Below are positions 23,729 to 34,460 of a stretch of DNA of 64,000 nt, piece after piece. How positions within the stretch are numbered: position 1 is the first letter of the stretch; the number at the start of each line of letters is the position of its first letter. A program made the position numbers and the translations under genes. The DNA is taken from NCBI RefSeq assembly GCF_006345805.1, contig NC_043006.1, forward strand, positions 17,794,001 to 17,858,000, in the 5' to 3' direction. This DNA is from Octopus sinensis (Eukaryota). The notes beneath the pieces were generated by a model that was not told the origin of the DNA, searched no databases, and saw only the letters and a program-made list of their open reading frames with translations.

Positions 23729-25446
23729 CATACATACATACACATGCACAAATATAAAAACACAGGCTTCTTTCAGTTTCTGTCTACCTGAAGGCTTTGG
23801 TTGGCATTACGCTATAATAAAAAAAAAGTACTTGCTTAAGGTATCATGTGGTGATGCAGTAGGACTGAACCCCAAACCTCATGCTTGGGAAGTGGCTTTC
23901 TTAATCATACAATCATTCTTTCTCTCTCTCTCTCTCTCCCTCTCTCTCTCACACACACACACACAAATATATAGGAATATCAATTAGTATGAGATATAGG
24001 AGGTGATGGGAAAGTAGAATTCTAGACCAGATTAGTTCTTGACCAGCTGTTTTGGGCTTTAACTGGTATTGGCTTCACTTTTGAACTCCCTAAAAATATT
24101 CTAAAATATGTACCAGTAATATTGTCAGCGATTCACTCAACTAGATTTACTTACAAAATGATGATTTTGTGCATTAACCAAAGTAAATTTTCACCTAATA
24201 GAATGATTTAAATAAAAAGAAAAAGATCTCCAATGATAAATGATTCTCTGTAGCATAATTATATCTTTTGGGTAAAGCAAAAAAAAAAAACTTCTGAAGA
24301 AGAAATACATAGCCATTTTCTATAATGTAACAAAAAAAGGAAAAAACTAATTTCTCATGTAATCCAACTGTCAAAACAATATCTGGATCATTTCTTTAGA
24401 GAATTATTGTAAAAAACATCCGTTTTCTTTTCTCGTTGAACCAATGACAAGCAAACAGAATGTCTAATAATTCATGTAAAATCAACAGATATGCTTCAAT
24501 TGATTTCCTATAATAGGTTTTTTTTCTTCCTTTATATAATAGAAGTTTCTTTCAGTCATTTCAGATGTGAAAGAAAACTTGTCTTTTTCCATTACATAGT
24601 GGGTAGAAAGGATCATAATTTGAATATGTAACGATGGTTCTTTTGCAGTAGTATTCCTACCATTTTTCTATTCTTTTCTTTGTGAATTTTACAGCAACTA
24701 GTTTTCTTCTTTTTCTATTTTTTTTTCTTTTCCGTCTCTAAAATGATTTAACTTTATTTTATTTTCTCTAACCGGCTGCCAATAAGTAGAAATAATCTCA
24801 CAGAAAGCCAAATATCTTTTCTTTTTCCCTCTCTACCTGATTTCGATTTCAAATTGTAATCATTTAACTATCACCTACATTCCTAATACATTTAAGAAAG
24901 GCATGAACATCAAGTGATCTTGTTTTCTCCCTTGCAATGAATTTAAGATTTGATAATGCCCAGTGTGAACTAGAAAATCATTGACGCTTGTACAGAAATA
25001 AAACAAATCAACTGACTTATCTACTGCTGATCAATGAATCAAGGGGCGTAACTCTCAATTGAAGTTAATTTTTGAAGTTCAGTTTTCCTGGTGTAAAATA
25101 AGAAATTTTTGGCATTCTTAAATTTAGTTTCCACCTTCAGGATTTTGATGTAGGTACAAGTCTTGTATAGTTCAAGGTTTACTGTTTAACTGATCCTTCT
25201 CTTCCTTTTAGTTAGTACTCCATTGTCCATAAAGATGCACTTAATTTTAATTATATGAGCATGAATTTCCATGAGTAATGAAGATATTTCATCAAAGCAT
25301 AGTAGTGGTGTTATACAACACATTAAACCTAACCCTTTTCTATGTTGTTTACTAAAAGGGAGCTGAAAGGGAAACCAATGACATTTGCCTCTGGATATTT
25401 ATCCCTACCTTCTCCAACCAACTTATTCTGTGAAAGTGTAAAGTAG

Positions 25447-25670
25447 TACTCTTTTACTCTTTACTTTTTTACTTGCTTCAGTATTTTGACTGCGGCCATG
25501 CTGGAGCACCACCTTTAGTCGAGCAAATCGACCCCAGGACTTATTCTTTGTAAGCCTAGTATTTATTCTATCGGTCTCTTTTACCAAACCGCTAAGTTAC
25601 GGGGACATAAACACACCAGCATCAGTTGTCAAGCAATGTTGGGAGAACAAACACAGTCACACTAACTTAT

Positions 25671-25723
<53 letters not shown>

Positions 25724-25888
25724 TATATACGACGGCCTTCTTTTCAGTTTCCGTCTACCAAATCCACTCAGAAGGCTTTGATCGGCCCAAGACTATAGTA
25801 GAAGACACTTGCTCAAGGTGCCACACAATGGGACTGAACCCGGAACCATGTGGTTGGTAAGCAAGCTACTTACCACACAGCCACTCCT
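25447..25888 (-). mobile_element. SINE family A, full length
   Basis: Complete antisense copy followed by (TA)n. Confidence 0.9.
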
Positions 25889-25893
25889 AGTCA

Positions 25894-25960
<67 letters not shown>

Positions 25961-26129
25961 TTAGGGTCCAATCATGTATTTATTTTAACAAGCCATGTAA
26001 TCTAAGCGGTTCACTTTGCAAGCTGAATGTGTGTACACACACACTTACATACATACATAACTCCATCTCGGTGGTTCTCAAGTGGAGTTTCTATGGCCCT
26101 TGGGGGTCCATATATAATTTTGTTGTTAA

Positions 26130-26609
26130 AATTCATGTGCAAATCCAAGCTTCTCTGCTAGTTCCCCAACGTTACAATGGGATTTTGTTCCACCAGGGTT
26201 TGCAGAATGTCCTCATTGAGCCCCACAGATCTGCCAGGGTGAGGCTTGTCTTCTAGGCTGTAGTTTCCAGCTCAGAATTTCTGGAACCACTGTTGACACT
26301 GGCTTATGCTTATTGTCCGTTCCCCATATACTACATTAATATCCCTTGCACTTGCCATTATGTTGTTGCCTTTATTGAACTCATAAAGCAAAATATGCCA
26401 AATGTGCTCCTTTGTCACTTCCATTATTGGTTTGAAAAAATAACTGTTAAAATTGAACTGCACTCTTCAAAACTTGCACTAAGAATAAGGACAAGGTAAA
26501 ATTACTCCCTGCTTTCATAGCAAGTTGATGCAGGTAGTTTATCACATCCCTTTTTGACTTTTAGCTCATGTAATTGAAAAAAAACCCGCATTCCTTATGG
26601 ATGACCCAA
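26130..26609 (-). mobile_element. mariner 5' end: TIR plus transposase N-terminal HTH remnant
   Basis: Minus strand MEVTKEHIWHILLYEFNKG...SQCQQWFQKF*AGNYSLEDKPHPGR; TIR TTGGGTCATCC at 26609, same as at 63978. Confidence 0.85.
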
Positions 26610-26940
26610 GCACCGCCCCGACTGGCCTCCGTGCCGGTGGCATGTAAAAAGCACCATCTAATTGTGGCCGTTGCCAGTCTCGTCTGGCCCCCGTGCCAGT
26701 GGCATGTAAAAAGCACCATCCGATCATAGCCGTTTGCCAGCCTCGTCTGGCACCTGTGCAGATGGCACGTAAAAAGCACCCACTACACTCACGGAGTGGT
26801 TGGCGTTAGGAAGGGCATCCAGCTGTAGAAACACTGCCAGATCAGACTGGGCCTGGCGCAGCCTTCTGGCTTCCCAGACCCCAGTTGAACCATCCAACCC
26901 ATGCCAGCATGGAAAACGGACGTTAAACGATGATGATGAT
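26610..26940 (+). mobile_element. SINE family C (left arm of fold-back pair)
   Basis: Tail gatgatgatgat ends at 26940. Confidence 0.9.
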
Positions 26941-26952
26941 ATACATATATAT

Positions 26953-27172
26953 ATCATCATCATCATTTAACGTCCATTTTCCATGCTAGCACGGGTTGGA
27001 TGGTTCGACTGGGGTCTGTAAAGCCAGGAGGCTGCACCAGGCTCCAGTCTGATCTGGCAATGTTTCTACAGCTGGATGCCCTTCCTAACGCCAACCACTC
27101 CATGAGTGTAATGGGTGCTTTTTACGTTCCACTGGCACAGAAGCCAGTCAGGGCGGCGCTGGCATTGGCCAT
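26953..27172 (-). mobile_element. SINE family C (right arm of fold-back pair)
   Basis: Tail atcatcatc begins at 26953. Confidence 0.9.
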
Positions 27173-27262
27173 ACACACACATTAGGAAGTTAAATGTTAT
27201 GGGTGGTCATAGAGCAACTATTGGTTTCACACTTGTAAAGCACTTAGTAGTCTTGGTGACTC

Positions 27263-27312
<50 letters not shown>

Positions 27313-28495
27313 ATGTACATATGGTTGGCTGGAGAGGGATACATTTAAATATCAATTCATAAAAACTAGGCAACAAAATTTTGCATTTATTACACACTGT
27401 TAAAACTAAATGCTTTTATTCCGATAGTGTGCGCACATTGAGAACAGTAACATGTGTGGACAGGAATTAATCTTCATCTCTAAAATTATAATAATAATAA
27501 TAATACAGCAACAAATACTAATGATAATAATTTCCTTATTTTTCCCCATTCTGGCATGGATTGGATAATTGATCCAACCAAAATTTTATACAGCAGTTCC
27601 ACCCCGCACCGTTTTTAATATGATATATTAGTTTTCCTCTTTGCAAAACCATAATTACAGATCAATATTAGTTTCTTCCTCTTCTCTGTCACCATTCTTG
27701 TCATCGTCGTCATCATCATCATCATCTCTTCTTTTGTTGCATAATGCTCTGAACCACTCTTTTATATTATGTAATCTGCCTATGTCTCCTTTTTTAATTC
27801 TAATTTTTATTTTATTTATATTAAAAATATAGCACCACATAAAAGAGTGCCTTAGTTCATATGGAATTTTTAATTTTTTCTGTGTTCGTATCTCCGGAGT
27901 TAATAAAAGCTTCAGTAAACACGAAAGTTAAACTTTTCATGATAAATTCCTGTAGTTCTTTTTATAGAACATTATCTAACTTCTAAGAAGAGACAACCTT
28001 GAAATTTTGATAGAATTTATCAGAGAAACTAATTTCCATACATACATACGTTTGAGATGGAGGGACAGCCATGTGGTTAAGAAGTCTGTTTCTCAACTGC
28101 ATGGTTTCAGGTTCAGTCTCACTTAGGCAGCACCTTGGGCTTGTGTCATCTGTCATCGCCTCTGTTCAACTAAAGTCTTGAAAATGTATCTACTTGAAGG
28201 AAACACGGAGCATCTCAAAATAAATAGAGTAACGAAAGGGTTAAATAGGTTGGTATCAAAAGTGTTAAAGTTTTCCATGATTTTGTAGAAATTGTACCCA
28301 AGCAAAACTAATATGATAACTTCTACATAAGCCACTAGATTTGAACACTGCAAAATCTAAAACTTTTTCAAATATATCTCTCTAATGTCTCTGAAAGAAA
28401 ATCCCAAATGCAAAGAACAGTTTTATACCTTGACCACAGCTATCAAAATATGTATTTCTTCTTCTAATGAATCTGTTCCTTTTCTTCTCTTGCAG

Positions 28496-28559
28496 ATTAC
28501 CGTTTTCAGATTAGGGGAGGCAGATATGGATTTAGCTATTTTGACTGCATTATTAAAGG
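28496..28559 (+). CDS. trpm: TRPM exon C (64 nt, phase 0 to 1)
   Basis: Polypyrimidine tract plus tgcAG at 28494-95, donor GTatgt at 28560. Encodes ITVFRLGEADMDLAILTALLK. Confidence 0.95.
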
Positions 28560-28955
28560 GTATGTTTACACTTCTTTCCTTTCATACTTGTTTTGTTTTA
28601 GTTGTGTTGTCTTTTCTGTGACGGGGAGGACAGCACTTCCTCTTCTCTCAGAGACAACTTGGTTGCATTGAGTTCTTTGTTGTTGACCATTCCTTTATTT
28701 CTTTTGAATGTCTTTCTGACCAATGGAGATTTCATAACTATTTCATATTGTTGTTGCTGTTGTTATTGCAATCTTTTGTTTCATATCTTCTAAATAAATG
28801 TTTTTTTTGTTTTGTAATAATTTAGATTTTTAATATTTGATGTAATTAGTTATATTTTCTATAATCCTATAATATATGTATCTGATATAGTTTATATATC
28901 ATAATTACATATAATAAATTTCTGAGCGAGGTATAAACAGTAGCTGCAAGACATC

Positions 28956-29060
28956 ATGAAGTATATTTGCCACTCAAATGTGGCTAATTCTTAAGCATCA
29001 CACTTATAGTAGCATCCACCCTTAAGGGTTAGCCACATTTAAGTGGCAAATATACTTCAT
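28956..29060. repeat. Palindromic MITE-like hairpin (40-bp arms)
   Basis: Arms 28956-28995 and 29021-29060 are 37/40 identical in inverted orientation. Confidence 0.85.
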
Positions 29061-29317
29061 AATTACATAGGTTATAATATATTACTATATGATATAGTTT
29101 ATATATTATCATAATTATATAGTTTGTAATATACTACTATATGATATCATTTATATGTTATTATTGTGTTATATAATTTTTTATATATCATTATGATACT
29201 GTGATAAATTTCTTGTGTATTATTTGATATAAAGCTATGTTCAAAACTGTTAAAAGTTGAACTAGTCAGTTAGAAGTTGATTTTTCCAGTAATTTTAATC
29301 ATGAATGTAGAAATGAA

Positions 29318-29350
<33 letters not shown>

Positions 29351-29359
29351 CATGCATGC

Positions 29360-29885
29360 ACTTCACGTAGTCTTCTACTAATACTAACCCTCTTTCACCT
29401 TCCTTTCTATGTAAATATAATCTTGTTACTTCTACGCTTGGGTGGAGTCCTCCATTCATATTGAATTCCTTCCTAGTCCTTTTGTCTAGTTTTGCTAATT
29501 CAGTTTTTGCCCTGTCTAAAAAAAGCTGCTGAGTATCTAAGTAATGATAGTGCCCAAGTATTTACAGCCTTCACTAGATTCGGACCATTTAGTTTTGACT
29601 TCATTAGCTTCCTCACCCTTCTGATGTACTCCTACTCAGTTTTTGTTTTCATTTCTATAGTTAGTACACTGCCAGATTGTAATACTCCTAGATACTTATA
29701 GCTCTATCCTTTCAATGATTTTAATGTCTGGCCATTCGGTAATTGGATGCCTTCACTGTTGACTACCTGCCCCCTTCTCATGACTAATATTGCACACTTA
29801 TTTATGTCAAATTCCAATCCTATATCTTTGATGAAGAGTTTTGCAATCTGTATTAAGGAATCTATCTCTACTTTTCATTCTTACC
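29360..29885 (-). mobile_element. R4/Dong RT C-terminal (thumb) fragment
   Basis: Minus strand DIGLEFDINKCAILVMRRG, YKYLGVLQS, KSKLNGPNLVKAVNTWALSLLRYS, GLHP...RLYLHRKEGERGL. Confidence 0.85.
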
Positions 29886-29989
29886 AAAAAGTTTCAGATC
29901 ATCCATGTAGAGCAAATGCTTAATTTTTCTCTTACTATTTCTGAACTGGTACCCTGCCTTTGCTAAACAGAAGGGGATCAAACATTGAT

Positions 29990-30509
29990 GAACTGGCAGA
30001 ATGGTTAGCATGACAGGCAAAATGCTTAGCAGCATTTCGTCCATTTTTACATTCTGAGTTTAAATTCTGCTGAGGTCGACTTTGCTTCTCATTCTCTTGG
30101 GGTTGCTATAATAAGTACCAGTTGAGCACTGGGGTAGATGTGATTGCCTTGGCCCTTCCCCTGAACTTTCTGGCCTTGTGCCAAAATTTGAAACCATTAT
30201 TATTATTATTCTTATTAAGGCAGCAACCTGGCAGAATCATTAACATGCTGGGCAAAATGTTTAGCAGCATTTCAGGCCTTGTGCCTATAGTAGAAAGGAT
30301 TGGTGAGCTGGTAGAATCATTAACACACTGGACAAAATGCTTAGCGGTATTTCGCCTGCCACTACGTTCCGAGTTCAAATTCCACTGAGGTTGGCTTTGC
30401 CTTTCATCCTTTCAGGGTAAATAAATCAAGTACCAGTTACACACTGGGGTCGATGTAATCGATTACTGCCCTAACCCAAATTTCAGGCTTTGTACCTATA
30501 GTAGAAAGG

Positions 30510-30557
<48 letters not shown>

Positions 30558-30585
30558 ATTATTATTATTGTTATTATTATTATTA
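29990..30585 (+). mobile_element. Cluster of three nested/tandem SINE family B copies ending in (ATT)n
   Basis: Heads ctggcagaat... near 29993, 30227 and 30308; long ATT tract at 30510-30585. Confidence 0.8.
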
Positions 30586-30999
30586 GTCTACTTTTTCTTT
30601 TATCTCCAAAGATGGCTAAAATAAGTACAATTCAACAATATTTCTTTCCTGACACTTGTGATCCCATGCCAATTTGTTGTCATTTCTTTTGTTACTGCCT
30701 CTGTCACTGCTGCCTTTTTTTTTTTTTTTTAAATGAAAGCTGAAAACCTTCACCCGTAGCATATTTGTTCATGATAAAATGAGACAGCCAGCAAAAGCAG
30801 TTAATATAGAATTTGAAGAATTGGCAATTTGTGTATTATAGGACTGCATTGATTGGGTGAAACGTTCCCTCAGGATTATGCTATTTGATAAAGAATTTTG
30901 TATAATATTTGACATAAAGAAAGGCCAATTGAAGAAACCAGCAAATTCTTGTTTCAAGAATATTTCCTACATTCTGAAATACAAACTTCATGAAACATG

Positions 31000-32000
31000 A
31001 GATAAAAACATTGTTTTGTGCAGTATTTAATTTTCAGTGTTGTTACTCTAGATGCTATTAGCAGAAATTGTTAGAGGTTAGTGTGTTCGATAAAATGCCT
31101 TGTGGGATTTCTTCTGAATAAATACTACAGAACTTGGCCTTTCAGCATTGTTCTGAATAAAAGTACAGTGTATTACTATGCAGTATTTGCTATGAAGAAA
31201 AGTGCAATACATGGCCTTAGTCATCCCAAATAAATGTGCAGTACACTATTTCTTCTGAATGAAAGTGTAGTTCATAGACTTGCAGTATTTGTTGTAAATA
31301 AAGTGCATTACATGGCTCTGCAGTTTGTTTTGACTAAAAGTGCAGTACATAACTTTGCAGTGGTTGTTGCAAATAGTGCAGTGCATGACTTCTGCATATT
31401 TTTTTCTAAATGGAAATACAGTACATGGTCTCCTCTCTTTTCTCTCTTTTACTTATTTCAGTCATTTGACTGTGGCCGTGCTGAAGCACCGGCTTTTAGT
31501 CGAGCAAGTCGACCCCAGGACTTGTTCTTTGTAAGCCTAGTACTTATTCTATCGGTCTCTTTTGCCGAACCGCTAAGTTACGGGGACGTAAACACACCAG
31601 TATCAGTTGTCAAGCGATGTTGGGGGGGGGGGGTAATTACAGACAAACATACACACACACACACACATACATATATATGACAGGCTTCTTTCAGTTTCCG
31701 TCTACCAAATCCACTCACAAGGCTTTGGTCTGCCCGAGGCTATAGTAGAAGACACTTGCCCAAGGTGAAACGAAGTGGGACTGAACCCAGTACCATGTGG
31801 TTGGTAAGCAAGCTACTTACCACACATCCACTCCTACGCCTATGTATTTCTTCTGAATAAATAAAACTGTGTTGCAAAGCCTTGCACTATTTGTTCCAAA
31901 TAAAAGTGCAGTACTTTGCCTTGCTGTATTCAAAATGAAAGTGCATTACATGGCCATGCAGTTTTTGTGCCGAATAAAAGTGAAGGACATGTCCAGGAGT
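31000..32000 (+). repeat. Degenerate minisatellite of about 38-39 bp, split by a SINE
   Basis: Approximate unit AATAAAAGTGCAGTACATGGCCTTGCAGTATTTGTTCTG recurs near 31157, 31196, 31230, 31258, 31297, 31334, 31371, 31409 and again after 31845. Confidence 0.75.
31433..31842 (-). mobile_element. SINE family A, full length
   Basis: Low-divergence antisense copy. Confidence 0.9.
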
Positions 32001-32207
32001 GGATATGACTACAACGTATGGAGCTAAAGTTAAGGTTGCAATAGGGATTTCTGAAGAGCAGTATTCCATTGTAATAAGGTAGGGAAGTGGTAGGGAAGCT
32101 CCTTATTCAAAAATAACTGAATAGTTGAAGATTTTTTTCAGAGTGAAATGAAATGGCCTATGATTCAATAAAATCTATTATAATAATGATAGTATTAATG
32201 ATAGGTT

Positions 32208-32545
32208 CATCATCATCATCATCGTTTAACATCCGCTTTCCATGCTAGCATGGGTTGGATGATTTTGGCTGAGGGCTGGCGAACCAGATGGCTGCACCAG
32301 GCTCCAATCTTGATTTGGCAGAGCTGGATGCCCTTCCTAATGCCAACCACTCCGAGAGTGTAGTGGGTGCTTTTTACGTGCCACCGGCACAAGGGCCAAA
32401 CAGGCAATACTGGCAACGACCTCGCTCAATCTTTTTACATATGCCACCAGCACAGGTGCCAGTAAGGCAACGTTGGTAACGATCACACTCGAATGGTGCC
32501 CTTTTACGTGCCGCTGGCACAGAAGCCAGTTGGCTGCTCTGGCAA
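32208..32545 (-). mobile_element. SINE family C
   Basis: catcat tail followed by the family C body. Confidence 0.85.
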
Positions 32546-32714
32546 TGTGGTATAAACAACCTATCATGTTAATCTGTCATGCTTTGCAAAGGGGATGGTA
32601 AAAGTATGTGTGAAAGAGAGAGAGATTCCAATTAATGCTACTGGCATACACTCACTCACACCTCTCTCTATATCTATCTAACGAGCTGTCTGTTTATGTG
32701 TCTGTCTTCTGTTA

Positions 32715-33043
32715 CATTGGTTTCAAATTTTGGCACAAGGCCAGCAATTTTGAGGGAGGCAGCAAGTCAACTACATCGAACTCAGTGCTCAACTGATACT
32801 TATTTTATCAACCCCAAAAGATTGAAAGGCCAAATTGACCTTGGCAGAATTATCTTCTATCATTTCGTCCGCCGTAGCATTCTGAGTTCAAATTCCGCCG
32901 AGGTCGACTTTGCCTTTCATCCTTTCGGGCTCGATAAATTAAGTGCCAGTTACACAATGGGGTCGATGTAATCGACTTAATCCGTCTGTCTGTCTCTCCT
33001 TGTTTGTCCCCTCTGTGTTTAGCCCCTTGTGGGTAGTAAAGAT
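32715..33043. mobile_element. Two SINE family B pieces in opposite orientation
   Basis: Antisense piece at 32715-32850; sense piece at 32860-33043 ending gtgggtagtaaaga. Confidence 0.75.
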
Positions 33044-33219
33044 ATCTATATTAAAGTGCTAATGGATAACAATGTGTGCATGATGGAGAAGGAGAAATAG
33101 AGAGAGAGAGAGTAAAATAAATATCACTGGCTCATACACACACTCACACACATACAAACACTAGGTGCTTGTTTTTAATTAAACCATGGAGTATCCAAGG
33201 GTCAACTGGTTATATGTGA

Positions 33220-33618
33220 CTAGCAGTATCGCCCGGTGTTGCTCGGGTTTGTAAGGGAAATAACTATATAAGCATTTTTAGAGATGTAAAGTATAATAGC
33301 CATCTCAATATGGCTAACCACAAAGGGGGGGGGTGTTACTGTAGCTTTTTACGTTCTGAGATTTAATAATACATTTTTAGAGATTTACTTCCCTTATATA
33401 ATAGCAAAAAAAATGCATTAAAAATGGGAAAAAATGATGGTAAATTTTTTTTTAAATCGTAGACTCATCGTAGATGCACGCTAATACCCAGAAGGGCTCG
33501 ATATGAATCACGACTATAAGATACCCGCTTTTGGTTAAACTGCACCGCAAAATGTAGGAGTAGTTAGGAATCTAAATCGTAGGAGACAGACACACAACTT
33601 CACTTTTATATATAAAGA
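33220..33618 (-). mobile_element. Complete non-autonomous Helitron (about 400 bp)
   Basis: Minus strand A|TCTTTATATATAAAA...CCCGAGCAACACCGGGCGATACTGCTAG|T shows 5' TC, a subterminal hairpin, 3' CTAG, an AT target and no TSD. Confidence 0.85.
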
Positions 33619-34244
33619 TGTTCCTTCTTTCTATTAGCTATTCAATATTTGGATTTGACTGAACTGAATTATCATCTTTATTTTCTGCCCAATTTAAATG
33701 ACAATTGATCTATTATTCCTGACAAATTTACTTACTGGAAACAATATTGACTGCGGAGAAATTCATATACCGACCTACAGCAGCCAACTTCCACAGTGCA
33801 ACACCCAGTTTGTAACTAATCAAGCACCCATATTTATTGGCAGTTTCAGAAGATTAATCATTAAAATTACAATTGATTGGATTAGGGACAGTGATGTAAA
33901 ATCAGTAATGGAATTTCAGTTACTTTTTAGAATTATGAAATATATTTGATTTATGGAAAAAAATTTTTTTACATAACATTGTTTTTTGGATCAATATTGA
34001 TAATTCACAAAACAACTGTGTGTGTATGCTCTTGTTTTTGTGAAACAATTGTTAAAACCAAAACATACATTATATATGTATAAATGATGATGCTGATATT
34101 ATTCAGTATATATTGATATAATTATATATGAGGACGATGTGTTTGTCTGCACCCCCTCCAAACACACACACATATCATTTTCATCTTTTAAACTTCATGT
34201 TCCATGATAGTATGAGTTGCATGGTTTGACAGGATCTTATCTCT

Positions 34245-34460
34245 TTACTGCCCACAAGGGGCTACACACAGAGAGGGCAAACAAGGACAGATAAATGGAT
34301 TAAGTCAGTTATATCGACCCCAGTGTGTAACTGGTACTTATTTAATCAACCTCGAAAGGATGAAAGGCAAAGTTGACCTCGGCAGGATTTGAACTCAGAA
34401 CGTAGCAGCAGACGAAATACCACTTAGCATTTCGTCCTGCGTGCTAACATTTCTGCCAGC
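34245..34460 (-). mobile_element. SINE family B (subtype with ...agcccc...gtggg end)
   Basis: Reverse complement of the 60290-60465 type. Confidence 0.8.

Noticed and set aside
28580-28793. ORF and AG sites just downstream of exon C
   Set aside because: Candidate acceptors give stops within a few codons in phase 1; no donor.
33698-33949. 83-aa ORF in unique intronic DNA
   Set aside because: No recognisable domain and no compatible splice-site pair.
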